Assembly: GCA_000934665.2 (NCBI GenBank)
Contig: JYFJ02001398.1
Coordinates: 1-64,000, forward strand
Source: Catajapyx aquilonaris
Taxonomy: Eukaryota
DNA length: 64,000 nucleotides
Direction of reading: 5' to 3'
Each line of letters starts with the position of its first letter. The first letter of the stretch is position 1. The notes beneath the pieces are model-generated. The model was given only the letters and a program-made list of their open reading frames with translations, was not told where the DNA came from and did not search any database. Made by a program: the position numbers and the translations under genes. Shown here piece by piece: positions 1-14,318 of the stretch.

Positions 1-455
1 CAACCGAAATGAAGTCGTGAGTTCAAGGAAAACGGACATTTTACTAATCTGCTGAAAAACCGCAAACGTTTACTTTTGCCAGCAGCTAGTACTACTTCAT
101 TTAAATTGTTCCTCGCAAATATTATGACTGCAATGAATCATATGTTGTAATATTGTCTGTTTACAACGTACAGAAGTGTGGGATTGGTTAGAGAGATGAT
201 AGGCTCATTCCCATTGGCTAATCCGCGCTTACTTAAACTATATTTACAACTAGTTCCTCCTCACACCCACCAGAGGCGCTGCCTCTCCCCATTGCGCAGG
301 CGCATAACGGGAGCCAATCGGAAGCGTCGGTCATACAACGAAATGTTTTAATATTATATATTTTCTAGACAAGGTTGACGCCTGAAACTTGCATATATTT
401 ATGACATTAAGATCTTATAGAACTGCTCTGTGTGTGTGTGTCTGATACTTGTCCA

Positions 456-481
456 CAGACAGACAGACAGACAGACAGACA
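456..481 (+). repeat. (GACA)n microsatellite
   Basis: acagacagacagacagacagacagac. Confidence 0.9.
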
Positions 482-497
482 GAGCCGTTCTAAGAAA

Positions 498-708
498 TGT
501 GCGATATTTCGATACATCGACTGTCGATGCGATATTTTCCTAATATCGACGATGCGATATCCGACGCTTGTCATGTGCGGTGTATCGAATATCGCGGCTT
601 TTCAATGTCGGTTCGATGTCGGTTGGCGATGTCGGTTTTTCGATTTACGATACATAGACTTCGATGCGATATTTTTTGAGTGTTGCAATTTCGGATATCG
701 CACAGCCC
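498..708 (-). mobile_element. hAT-like MITE copy (family A), one terminus truncated
   Basis: Diverged reverse complement of 20265-20500; ends ...GGATATCGCACAGCCC; rich in ATCGA/TCGAT repeats. Confidence 0.8.
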
Positions 709-3700
709 CAACATTAGCCCCAAATGTATGATAGACAAGAAATGAAATTATTGCATGTCTTTTCTACATAATATCGCTCAAAAAAATAATTTGGAGACGA
801 TTGCGGATTTTGTATTCAATGCAAAATCGTCTCCATCTTTTTGTGCGATATGTCCCTAGCTGTTCAGTTATTTGTTTGTCTGGACAATTTTGGATCGGCA
901 CTTCATAAATTCATATCATGTGATTAGTGCCAAAAAATTCCAAACCAAAAAAGGGGGAACTTCTCAATAAACTTTAAATTAACTTACGATCTTTCACCCT
1001 GTTGCACATTGCCAAAAAAATCATCCGATGACTCAACAGCAATTAAGGCGGTAATTTTAATCGAACTATGCAGATGATTAGCCCGTATAAGGAGTGAACC
1101 TGAAAGCCTGGGGTAGGGGTATATAATAAGGTATGGCGATGGCGGGTCTACTGCGGGAAGATGAGCTTTCCAAAAAGCTCCCAGTTGCAGCCCTTTTGTG
1201 GCAAATTAATGGGGGCGGTTGCAACGGCGCGGAAAGGAGATTAGCGGCTTTTCTCTAAAGGGGCGGTAGGGGAGGGAGGAGAAGGAGGGTTGATGATAAA
1301 AGGTGGGGAGGGGGGATGTGATGTCAAGAACTTTGCTCAATCCGGCAACATCACCTCTAAGTCGCAACTAACATCAAAGATCAACCCTACACGAGGATTA
1401 AGTTCGCCGAATTTCATTCGGCCGAATCGGCTAAAAAATTCCAGACAATCCAAAATGAAGGGCGTGACCCTCTATTTTTTTGTACATTGCTGAGACAACG
1501 AGGAAATGACACCAATGACGCCACTGGTCTCCCTTACTCCAATCTTGAAGCAAATTACATGTTTTTTTTTTCTTAGGGGGAAGGAGGGGGGACGGTTCTA
1601 TTGTTATTTTGCAAAGGGAGGAGAGGGAAAGGGGGGTGAAGTTGCCGCAAATTTCAAGCCTCTAGGATGAATGTTTTGCGGGGACAAAGTATTGGCCATT
1701 AGGGTACGTGGTATGGGAGAAACAATTTTGCAGAAGACAAACAATCTGATGGGACGGAGATAAGTTCATTGTCGGAAGACTATCGCGAAAGGGTAATTTA
1801 GTTGCCTTTTTTCGTTTTAAAAAAAGAGGGGTTTACTTTGGCCTTTGTACGCTCATACGTTTTTCATGGCAATAAGGAGCAGTACTGAAAATGAATGCTG
1901 TCAGTTGTGAATAGCTATTATTATTATTTTATTTATTATTATTTTTTATTAAAGCCCGTAAGGTGACCTAATGCAATAAAGACGTTAAAAGGTTGAAAAT
2001 GCACGATTTTTTCTCATGAAATGGCCATAAAGTAAAAATGGGTCATCGAAATCGCGTTGCCTTAAAATTGGGAAAGTAATAGTAGCCTGTTAAGTGTGGC
2101 GTAATTAGTGAAAGGTGCGATCGTGACTTATGTCTGGCACAAAATAAATGGGGGTCGAGGATGTCAAACCCTGGTGATGTAACCTCAATAGACGCCCTGA
2201 CACCATTGTGCTTTATAGGTGTTAGTCGTCACCTTTATTTTTTATATATTTTTTAAACATTTATTAATTTCAAGAGAGGAGGGATCAAAAATCACTTTCC
2301 TAATCAAAAAACCACAGTCTGAATATCGTAAGGTTAGAATCACTTTCGCCAATATGCAGTCTCCATTTTGGACCATCTATAACCTTTTTATAGCACAATA
2401 ATTGCCAACAGTCCGAGAGGCAAAATTGGCCATTAATTTTTATTGCAGGAAATCTAGCTGTGGGCACAAAATGTTGCGGCAGAAGCTAAAATGTAGTGAA
2501 ACAAGGAGAAGGTTTAATTGGGTTAGAAACACGCCTAAATTCGTCTTCTATTTTTTTTAAACTGCGTCTAGATTCGTCATTGACTTGGTCATAAAATGAG
2601 ATAAAAACTGGTATCATTTTAGCACTCGTTTCATCCCTTGACTGCAATGGAACCGACACTTTTTTTACCCCATTCTTCTGGAAATCAGCCACTGAGGTTT
2701 TCTTATGAAATTATAGAAAAACTAGCCGGCTTCCAAATATAAATTACTGTCGTTTCTCATTATTTAGGTTGTCATTACTCGCAGACAAAATGTGCCTGTA
2801 AGTAGCACGTTCATTTAAAAATTTTTGCAACCTACAAAGACTGTATTTTAATAGCACTTGTAGCTCTAGTCTATAAATACTATAGTCATGTACACTGTAG
2901 ACTTAGTGAACATATATACACCCCCCCCCCCACCCAACCCTCTCGTCATCCCTATGAACAAACTTTTGCTCTTTGCTCCTCCACATATAAGTCAATATGG
3001 GGATATGCCCCTTTCAAAAGAATCAGCCATTATATTGGCGTGTTCCGTCGGAATATTTTATGAAGCACTTTTGCCTTGTAGCGGCACGTACTTTTATTCC
3101 AAACTTATTGACTTTGGAGGGGGAATTATTACCAAAAGTTTCCGGTCCACAGCAGAAAAAAAACACGTCTCTCATTCTTGCTACTGATACAATTCATTCC
3201 GCCGGAGCATGAAACGGAAAAGGAGGCCATTACTAGCCACAATTATCATAAAGTTGTGCCTGGCTGCAGCATAAGGATAATAATGGCCGCATTAAAACTT
3301 CTCTTGAGTCTCACCTACGACTATACGACCTCTGTTCCTCTCTTGGCAAAAAAAAACAACAAAAACACTAGGTAAGCTATAGACAATTGCACACTTTTCA
3401 GGGATGTTTGTGGTATGCTTGTGGCAAGTGACACTTACATGGTTTCCGGTAGATATAAATTGTGGTTAAATAAGGGCGTGTCTTGCTTCCGGATCTGAGC
3501 CGATAATATATAGAGTGAAGGTTCTCGGGCAGTGTTTTTAGCACAAAAATCCTATAAAATAATAGGCGAACCTAAAAAGGTCGACAAAATGCTGATCCAA
3601 GCTAGGGGCGTTACTTTTACTTGAATGGAGTTAACAACCGACCCTTCAGGCGGAAATAAAAGCCACTGAAATAAAATGTTGGCAGCACGTGCCTCAGGAC

Positions 3701-3813
3701 ATGCCAACAGAATTCAATATTTTAAAAAGCGGGTGCTGTAATAACTCGCGGTATATTTCGTAAATGTGGTAAAGCTGGATATACACTGTGTCGAAATATA
3801 TTTTTCGCCTGTA

Positions 3814-4039
3814 CAGTGCTGAACATTAATTCTGTCATACTGCTAGCGACATATTCCGATGCGGTAGACGTGCAAAGCCAGTGCGAGCCGTGCGAGTAAG
3901 AAATGGTAGCCCTTGGATGACGTCACTGGCTGGGAACAAGCCGTTTCTCCATTGCACCCCAGTCGGTGACGTCACTTGAGGCCTACCTCTTCTTACTCGC
4001 ACGGCTCACACTTCGATTTGCCGCATCAGAAAATGTCGC
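3814..4039. mobile_element. Near-palindromic MITE family B, copy 1
   Basis: taCAGTGCTGAACATTAAT start; inverted arms GAGCCGTGCGAGTAAGAA / TTCTTACTCGCACGGCTC; two TGACGTCA. Confidence 0.85.
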
Positions 4040-5086
4040 ATACCGATGACTCTACTTTGATCTACCTATATAAAAATTCGCGTTCCTATGCAAAAAAAAA
4101 TCAGGATAAAAATAGTGCATAGTTCAGAATAGGATTTCGTGCATTATTGCCTGACTGAGAAAGGGATTTAGCTCCCTACCTGCTCATGTAGCACAATCTG
4201 CCTTCGGAATCGGCAGTTTCCGATTGGTGGCAATGCGGTATTACTACACTGGCCTGCGATCCACGGTCGAGCAGGCGACAGGCTCGTCTCGTGGTCAAAT
4301 CGGATTTTCTAGGTCAATGCGTGGGCAAAGAGGATCCTTCAGAAATGATTTCAAAATGGGATGGGGGTTTTTTTTAGAGGGGGGGGGGGGGNGGGGGGGG
4401 GGGGTTCGGTCAGGGCATTTTTGGCGTGTCAGCAGATGGCGGAAGTGAAGTGGACAATTTTTTGGGCAAAGGTACGTCAAAATTCGAGGGACCGTGAAGG
4501 GGCCATTCATTTATGCAACGCTATTTTTGACGATTTTTAAATCCTTCCCCATCGTCCATCACGTACTGTAACAGAATGTAATATCTGATCCGACTATTCG
4601 TGTAATATTTGGGAAAGTTGACATAGCATATCTGCCATGAAGCTGCCATCCATGTAATACAGTTACATATTATAATGACTAATGCATCTCTGCAGCTCAG
4701 CACTGTATAAACCGCCGATGTTCCTGCAATGGTAGATCAAAACCGCAGTATCATCGTTAGGGCTCTCAGAGACAATATAGCAATACACTGTGATATGAGG
4801 TGATTCCCTATGGCGTAATCCACCTGTTATTATTTACTGCTGAAGAAGTAATGGGTCGCAGTTTTATTCCATCGCTGCACTGTGCTGATATCAGCAACAA
4901 TAATGGCCAGTATCTGGCACAGGCCTTACATGTGGTTATTTGTAATCGAATTTTTGCTGATGCTCCCTAGTACACTGGGGCAGGGGTTTTAACCAGTAAG
5001 CCCTAGCATTATTTGTTGATATGCCCGTTGATTTATTTACCTTAGAAGCCAGCCAACCCTGCTCCAAAACTTCCTTCAAAGCCTAA

Positions 5087-5500
5087 TTACCCCCTCCTGA
5101 GTCGACACATGTTTGTCATCTGCATGACAAAGTGCCTCCCCAATTTACCCCTGTTATAGCCCACCCCTCTTGTGTGTACCTGTCCAATAAGGTTCCTACC
5201 AAAGAACAGCACTTTGGGCTGAGACGATGTTACCATATGGCGCTTGTAGCTACAAAGTAGAGTGAATATGCGAGGCTGGTGTAGGAAGGAATAAATCTGA
5301 ATATCTTTAAGATAAAGGTAGGTGCTTGGATATAGGAGGTCAAAGTGTGGCTGGACAAGGGCACCCATTTTCCAGCCTCATGGTCCTTTTCAACACTTTA
5401 TGGCTGGCTGGTTCCGAGTTTCTGTCGAATACATTACCATGCCCAACTTTGTTACATTTCGTGAGCCGGCTGAGAAGTACAAGCAAAGTCCGTGCCTGTA
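5087..5500 (-). mobile_element. Possible degraded LINE (CR1/L2-like RT C-terminus) remnant
   Basis: Minus-strand ALVQPHFD resembles the LINE RT C-terminal motif ALV-PH-DY; the rest is disrupted. Confidence 0.3.
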
Positions 5501-8500
5501 GCGTTATGCGACGGATTTTTTTTAATATTCCAGAGGAAAACTGCACGAAGCGACTATGTGATGTATGGATACGGGTTATTCCAAGCGTGAGGCCTCATTT
5601 AATTAATATAAATGAGGTGGGAGATCAAAAAAAGAGGAGAAATGTTGCTGAGGGCAACGGATCAAAGGTACTATCGCTTTGAATTGTACGGGCTTTTTGG
5701 CGTTGGTTGTGGCACAAATTTTTGGGGATGTTTCAGACATTGCCAGCAACTTATGTCAATTTCAAAGTGGCTATATTTTCAGGAAGGAAATTGCTGAGGG
5801 CAATAGATGAAAAGCTTTTGTAGCTATGGCTACTAACGTCGCATCTAAAGAAAAATGCTATAGCATAAAAGTACCTAAGGGCATGGGCTTTGCCTTGTTT
5901 GCAAGGGGCAAGCAGACCATGGAGCTACCGTATCTGTAATGGCAGGCTATAATAAGTCGGTTCATTAGCACCAAAATTTTTGCATGAACCTAGAGAGTAT
6001 CCGCACATTAGATGTAACATCACGCTTTTCAGTTTTAAAAAAGTCGGTCTAGCATACGGATCTCACATATGGATAGTTGCATATGCAGAGTGGTTCAAAA
6101 TAATTCGTATGGTCTCTGTATCGAGATAATTATATTCAAACTACATTCTTACCAAAAGCTTCGCATCATGAACTATACCCAGAGCGACGTAGTCCTCTAC
6201 ATTACACTAATCTACCATTAGAGCGCATGCCCTAATGACTCATGGGAGAATCCTCCACTAGCAGAGTGGGAAAAGGTCACAAAAAAAGTTCGTTCCATTA
6301 TACTTCACAATATATTTAAACATATCACATGCGGATTTTGTGGCTTTTTATTAGCAAAAAAATGTTATCATTTGAATTGCGATTATGAAAAGCTTCCATT
6401 CAAACTAATTGTCGGAAATGCGACCGCTGGAAACATAGTGGCAACAAAAGTAATAAAATGCCGAATAACTAATCGATCTAGTCGATCATTTACACTATGA
6501 ATGCAGATTCATAATTGTTTGTCAATGAGTTACATTTTTATCCAGTGTTATCGGATCCCGTAATCCCAAAAGCTGACGGTTTTGAAAACAATTCAAATTT
6601 GACATCAAAAATAGCAGCATAGTGAAACAAAATAGCAGGTTATCAGTACGCTGCTAATTGCCATGTATAAAAAGAGCAAATCGTGTCATTTTTGTGCTGT
6701 CCACTGATGACATTCATTTGAAAGAATGGGAATTACAATAATCATCGATGTTTCCCATACCTTTATAGTTGCTGAAGAGAATTTAGCGTGAATTTAGCCC
6801 CTCTGATACACCATAACACGGAAATCCGCCTGCTTCTTTTCCAGAAAGCCTTGATAATACCTTACGCCGCTTTAATTAATAACTTAGGTCAGACTCGGGT
6901 CAACGAATTTTACGGTCGGATTTAATGATCTGAAGCCCATTTAAGAATCCACCATGCAAGATATCTCTTATACAGTAGCCCCCACCAGTTATGAATCCAA
7001 CTCCATAAACGTCCCCCAAACACGTCACCCTCCTAATTAATGACCCGATTCCACAATTTCATTATCCTTCCAACTTGTCCACAAGAATACCGATACTATC
7101 TGCCAATACCTCCCTATTAAAAACTATTAGTCAACTAAAATTTTTAGAGACTCTACCCATCACATTCCTAACCTAAGTGACACTTTGCCACTCACAGACA
7201 CTGATGTTACTATGACCCAGCATGTAGGAAAACCAGTTTTGGAGTTGGTTATATGGCAACAGCGCAGCTTGGCGATCCGGGCGGGTTTTAGGGGGGGGGG
7301 GGTGGAGTGGGGATGTGGGGTATGGAGGGTGGATGTGGAGAGGGGAGTTTGGAAAAGAGAGAGTGTTGGAGAGTGGCTTGGTTCAGACAGTACTCCACCA
7401 GCAGTCTTTGAGTTTACAGTGTGGTGACGGTACCCGGGTTAACGCGGTTAACAGTGGAGGGTTAACATCGCTCCGGGGACTAACCGAGTGAGTTACAAGT
7501 TCATTCAACCTATTATTTACAAAAGGAGTGTGTCAAGTCTCTGGATAAACTTGTGGGGGTATTGACACCATATTTTCAATATTATAAATGCGGGCGAAGC
7601 GGCACGGCGAAGCCCCTCCCGCCTCGCAAAGCGAGTTATAAATAATCGCTTCCCCTGTAAACAGTATGGCCATTCCAGGTGATATTGTACATTTTCTAAC
7701 CTTTTGAACCTGGGGCATATGAGAAATTCTGGTCGCCTTCCCACACCGGTTCCCCTTGGCCAAAGCATGTTGGTGGAGAGGTTGAGGGGGTATGGGGGTG
7801 GCTTGTTCCTGGAGGGGGTTGCTTTGTCTGTGACAGGTGCTGTCTGAAAGCATCGGAAAATACCGGAAAAATTGCTGACAGAATCACAGGTTTTGTAGCA
7901 CTTTATGGCGGAAAAAGGTTTCTTGGTTGGCAGCACAACAATCAGGATGTTGGTAATAACATGGTTATCATCCGGGGTGACGTGTTGCAAAAATTTCATG
8001 CTATTTGGATAAGTATGTGACGAAATGTCTATAAGTCACCAAACTTTCAATGTGTGTATTTTTAGATCATCAACCAATGATTAACCACTTGACCCGGCTG
8101 TGTTTTCTTATGAAATATGCGCAGCTGCAGGCTACACCACTGCCAAGGCTATAATTATACTGACACACATAGTCATTGTAAACACCTCTCTGACAACTGA
8201 GTCCATGTGAGAGCATGTGATCTCAGTAACATTTTATTCAAATCGGTATGTCAACATTGATCAACATCACCCTGGAATGAAATTGTACAATATAAACCGG
8301 TATGGCGTATCGGAGCACCGGTAACGAACTTTGCGAACCACATAAACCTGTCACATGCCTGCGTAATTATGCAGCCCAGGTAACCCCCACGTAACGGATC
8401 ACATTCTCAAGCAGAGTATCGATTTGCCTAGAAAATCGTGACTAGGTATGCTAAGCTCTTAGCTCAAATATACCCACTTATATAGCGGTATACTTGGTTA

Positions 8501-10646
8501 GGGAAATGCATTTTGTGCATGTAATCAGAACTGTGCATTTTAGATTACCATATGTGGTTCCTCGAAGGTCAGCGCCATAGGTAGATTTTTTTTAAAAAAA
8601 CTCTAATTTCATCACATTGCAGTGTAGCACGCAAGGTTCGAGGAAAGACATTGCAGTTAACTCGAAAAAAAACCACCAAAATTGTTCATATTGTTGAAAA
8701 TGTGTGATATATCCAAAAAGCTGGTGCTATTTTTAAGTGAGAAACTAATGACCAACACTATCCAATGATTCCACTTCCATCACACCGAGCCATATATTAT
8801 CCTGAAACCTGGCATGTCTGTAGAACCAACCATATATTTGTCGTACTATATATACACACTATAATTCAGGTTCCCAAAAACAATGGTACACAGAAAGTTC
8901 TGGAGTGAAACAATAAAACAACCTCTAGGTTAATCAAGACCCCCTTATTCCATCATATTGAGGAATATGTTAGCCCGCAACCTGACAAGTTCGTAGAAAC
9001 CACCATCTATTTTGTAGTTCGCATGATGACAGGTCTTCGCTGAAAGTTGTTAACGATTTCTCCAGGAAGAAAAGGATTTGACAGCAAGTCCAGAATTAGG
9101 CATATAGTACCTTTAATGATGCATGTTTCCCCAAGCCCAAGCCTTGGCTTCCAAAAGGCCAATACGCCTCCAGATTTCACTGAATTGTTAAACAATGCGT
9201 TTGTGATTTCAGCCCTTAGGTTCCCCAGGTCATGTTTGTAAAACATATCTCCAGCACCGTGAACTAGAGGGGGGTATACTCTGCATAACTTTGTACATAT
9301 TTATTGCGAATGATGGTAAATATTTATCAAATATGTAGTGCTTGCTTGTAATATTATAAACAAGTTTTCTTACGGAGATGTGCAAGGACAAACACGAGCC
9401 AATTCTCCGCATTGTTACAGTCGAGTAAGCCCCTCATGGCCATGGGTCAACACGGGTGGGCGAAGTATATGGGGGTGGTATACGGAACTGGAAAATGACA
9501 AGTACGGGAAAGGATGGAGGTCATCAAGGGGGTCAAGAAATGGCAAGGGTCAGTAGGGAAGGTGAGGCCAACCACTAAAAATGGTAAAATCTAATTTATT
9601 CTCACGACTTTGACATAATATTAATTAACATGAAGGCTCATCACGCAACACCAGAGGCGCTGCCTCCCTCATTGCGCATGCGCAGAACGAGTGCCGCCCA
9701 AAAGTTTGTTTATCTGTTTATTACCCTCTAATGGCTTATTTCGTAAAAAATAAGTGCGCATCCCGGAAACCCAATTATTTACCTTCCTAACACCATGTAT
9801 CACCGGACTGTAAGATTGCTAATTGCATTATTGCGATTACAGGATCGCGATTCAACAATTCCAAATTAGTCAGTCCCCGTCAATTTGCATGATCTTGTTT
9901 CCGGCGGGTCGAAGCGCGAAAAAAAAACATCATATAATTGCCAAACACCTCCAGGTCGCAATCAAATACCAATCAGACAGTACAGACCATTCCTGTTCAG
10001 AATTTACCACAATGCGCCATAAAAACTTGCAGCGGAGATAAAAGAACCAAAAGAAAAAAAAAATGGGAGCTCAACACAAAGCCTTTGAGGACGTCTAGAG
10101 CTGCAAGAATAATCCAAACTGGCTCGTAACACTGATGCGCAAGAATGAATTGACATAAGCTGCCGTGGCAGATAGATAGATAGTGGTGTGCATAGGACTG
10201 CGGGAAAGAGAAAGGAAGGATGCTGAGGAGTAGACAAGGAATAATATTCATGGCGGGAGGCGGATTTCCATTTACGGCCGCTTGAAGGCCTCGTTGCAGC
10301 TCCACACCAGCCCTTTCTAATGGCTTTATGGCTTTTCCTAGCTAACACACCACCCTTCAAAACTTATACACCGCCTTCCATGGCAGACTGGGATGTAAAC
10401 GGATGCACCCACTAGTTCAGGTTTTATTTCCCACACTGACGCGCTGCAGGTGAGCCAATCGGAATGTGAGGAGTCACGTGATGCTGGGGGCAATCGGAAT
10501 GCGGATGGTCCGGAAATGTCCGGAACAAGCATCATTAAAAATTAAATTAAATTAAATTAACATTGGGAGAATCAGCGCTCCATTAGGAGGGTGGAATACC
10601 ACCATTTAAAATTCGTTGTGAAGCTTTCACACATGGATGGGGCTAA

Positions 10647-10750
10647 GGAAGGAAGCGGCTGTGGCGTATTATACGGAAGCGATCCCGGAATTATCCTGGG
10701 GAGACCACACGGGAATCGAACCCAGCGCCTCCCGATTAAGCACTATGCCC
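10647..10750 (-). mobile_element. tRNA-derived SINE remnant
   Basis: B-box GGGTTCGATTCCC on the minus strand (10711-10723) next to a GGAAGGAAGCGGCTGTGGC...ATCCCGGAATT segment reminiscent of arthropod tRNA-SINE bodies; no full cloverleaf. Confidence 0.5.
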
Positions 10751-13700
10751 TATTTCATCACTTTTCAAGTAAATAGTAACAAATAGACATCAATCATACA
10801 ACCTGGACTAGCACGAATAAACTTTGGTTTTATTTATGTGATGTGGGTCCGTGCTCGGATTATTGACTAATTAATGTCGTGACAAGACTCTTAAATAAGC
10901 AAATTCCGGAGAAACTAAATAAGCGAATGGGTAAACACGGAGTGTGCCATGTCGATCGGTATTTACATTCGAAACAACATTACTAGCCGTCATGTAAACG
11001 TCACGCTGGAATACGCCTTGGGGTACAGTGGGAAAAAAGTAGCATGGTGGTATTTGCATCGGAAAACCTTTCGTGCGACATTTTTTCTGACTGTTCACGC
11101 ACCCTGCACTACTATGACCCGAGGCTATTCACATATGCAGTACAGTAATTCTTATGGTACCCACTCGTATGAGACCAGGGGATTCAAAAACTATGAATTC
11201 TACAGGTGTATCTGGAAAATGTGATTTTTTTTTACCGTATTCAAAAGCGCGGAAAATAATCCGTACATTTTGTACAGGGTGTTCCAGTAAGATCCTGAAT
11301 GTCACATACCGAAGAGATGGCTGTTAGCTATATGCACAGTATTGGAATATCGATGTCATAATAGCAACAATGACTAACAATGTCAGTAATGAATTTATAA
11401 TTACAGGACATTGGCATACTGAGTCTCCGTCTTTTACATCTTTTGAAGCGCCGCATATAATGACGGTCGAAAATATCCATAAATGATGAAAACCAGCGCT
11501 CCATATTTTGCTACTGGGGTATTGTTTACATGATGGTAATGGCTGTCGTAATTAGTTACCCGATATTCTTCGGGTTTAATAATGAAAGTAGAGGAGGCTT
11601 TATTATCATTAAATACGTCCACTTTAATTCTCAGGGCTGTTAACATTGTAATAGTATAATGACGGATACATTTGAGGACGTCATGTAGCATATTATAGCA
11701 GGACATTATTAGCTCAATGGGAAATTATAATGCGCCATTGTAACGTATTTTTTGTACTGACACGAATTATAATTCCTTGCAACGCACTCTCTGGAACATA
11801 GGGCTAATTGATAATTCCTGTCACATTTATGAATGATAATTGCCGGTTTATTACGGCTGGGTAATATGAAACAATTAGCACTATTTATGATTCCAAAGTT
11901 ATGAATCAGAATAATCGGTAAGGGTAAAATATGTGATATGTAAGCCAAATGAAACACAATAATTAGTGAGTGTCGCATTTTACGCGGTCACCGTTGCTTG
12001 ATACACGCCTAATTCAAGTAATTAATAGCGCGGCGTGTCATTGCACTTTGAAATTACTCAAAAATGTAAAACATTCGCAATATTTTATTTATGTTAAAAT
12101 TCGCACGAATGTTTAACATATTTTTTAAACATTTTGTGAGTTACGTGGCATCTAGTTTTGTGTAGACAGTGTGTCTCCATTTTGTATGTACTGTACCCAG
12201 GGCTTCTTACATATTTCATAGTAGCATACACCTATACTAATGTAGTGTACGAGTACATTCCCACAATAACCTACTTCTTCCATCAGAACATCTCTACCTA
12301 CATAAGCTACGAAATAATTCTGAATATTTCCTTTTGGTATGTTTCTTGTGCCGCCATATATGCTCAGAACCAACCGTTTTAAAAATTTGCAAAATAATGA
12401 TTTATTAATTCAGAAGACTACAATATCTGGATACAATACTTCAGAAACTTCCTTTCATTAGCTGGTTAGCCTACAGAACTGTATGTAATCCATAAAGTGG
12501 AGTTGTTTTTTTTCATAAGCCAAGGTAAATTGAACCCACTTTTTTCCGGAAACGGGCCAGTGACATTACAAAGCTCTCCATGATACCGGCGACGCAGGTG
12601 AGCCCAAAATAATGCACAATTCATTCAGATCGATCGTACAGTAAAAGACACAGCTGGCAACCCTGCCTACTGTAGTGGGCCGAAGTGTCCTGCAGGTTGC
12701 TTTAAAATGACTATAACTACTATACAATGGACTGTACCTTGTCTCGGCTACATGCAAAATTCCGCTAGTACACTGCTAGCATTGATCAATGCCGTGGAAT
12801 AATTAACGAAAACTTAAAGGTACTGTACATTCACCGAATAGTTTGGAACCAGGTACTGTAAGGCCAATGTTTGTAACATGTTATTATCGAATATGTGCTT
12901 TGCTATGCTTGAAAATGTGTGGATATATTGTGCAGTACTGTTACCCACAGAGACATGGTTCATTAGTTACTGTTACTCGCAATTTTCAGTACCGTACACT
13001 CTCTCTCCCCAGCTAATGCGGGTCACAGGTCACAGTTTATTTCATTTTACAATACCTCGGTATTTTTGACAAGCCACTTGATGTAGCCATTTATTGGGGG
13101 AATATCAATTGATCTACGATCATATCTGAATCAGTTACTGTCATGTACAGTACACACATTTGCTAGGTACATCCTAATTGGACCACAGTCCCACACGCGG
13201 ATACAACACCACCCAACCCTATAGCAAATGCATATTTATACCATTACCGCATTCCGCAAATGTCTACCGTATTATTCAGGTAAAACCTTTCGTGTCCACC
13301 ACGAACATTACTAATTCCCACGCCTGATCCCTTCAAAATCCGTCATTTTTACCTGCCAAAACACCACCCCTCTATAACACACCCCTTACAAAAAAAATAT
13401 TTTCCGCAACATTCCGGTTCCTTTTTTTTCTTCTCTCTCCTCTACCATTCTTCTTCCACCCTGTAGTGTGTCTGGCCACCCCACGCAAACTTTTAAAATG
13501 GACCTAACCTCAAGCCTCGCGCGTGCTGATTTTCCCAGACGCCATTAGAATTTCCAACCAGTTTTCTCGGGTTCGGCACCAGGGTGAAGAGAATAGAATA
13601 ACCCTTTGGGGGGCTTTGTGCGCGCAACTTACAGTGGAGAGAGGATGAGGGGGAAGGGTAGGGGGGGAGGGAGGATAGAATGTATTCCTCTACTCTTGTC

Positions 13701-14155
13701 TGGTGTAGCTAACCTGCCCGAAGGGTTGAGCAGCCCGTTCCCATGGGAACGACGCCACACACCCCCACCACCACCTTAAATCCCATCCACCCCCCTTCCC
13801 AATAAAAGCCCACCTGCCAGGTGAGGCCCCTGCACAAGATGGCCGACGAGGGTCACGGAGTCAAGGCTCCGTGCTTTACTCCCTACTTATCCACTTTTTT
13901 ATACCTATCGGACTTTCGAAGGTGGAGGATAGAAATATGCATTTTTTTTTAAATGAGGGGGGTGGGGGGGGGGGTGTCACCTGTGCTATGTGTACCACCT
14001 GTTACCTTATGGGAGCATGTAAGAAAATGCAGGGTGCCAGGTTGAGTTAGGTCATAATTATAAGGAGCGATATGGCTTAGAGCGATGGGCACATGGTTTG
14101 GGAGGAGCTGCACGTGATTTTGAAAAAAAGGCGACAATTTTATTCAAATTTGATA

Positions 14156-14318
14156 TTTTCATAAAAATAATTTTCCGTTTGAATTATTTTTTCATTAAAA
14201 TCAATTTTCATAAAAATTATTTTTTCATTAAAATCAATTACCATAAAAATGATGTTTTCATTAAAATCAATTATCCGTTTGAATAATTTGTCATTAAAAT
14301 CAATTTCCATTAAAATCC
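14156..14318. repeat. AT-rich minisatellite (TTCATTAAAATCAATT core, about 33-bp period)
   Basis: Core repeated 4-5 times; produces the repetitive IDFNEK / FFIKIN ORFs. Confidence 0.8.

Noticed and set aside
432..731. ORFs rich in RYID/CDI, also at 20146-20554
   Set aside because: Translations of the ATCGA-repeat hAT MITE; not genes.
7517..7999. 160-aa minus-strand ORF and a Helitron-like GCGGGCGAAGC segment
   Set aside because: No recognisable domain or splice context; no clear terminal hairpin plus CTAG end.
9997..10360. Minus-strand ORFs with a signal-peptide-like stretch (MNIIPCLLLSILPFSF)
   Set aside because: Derived from a purine/pyrimidine-skewed tract; no domain or exon chain.
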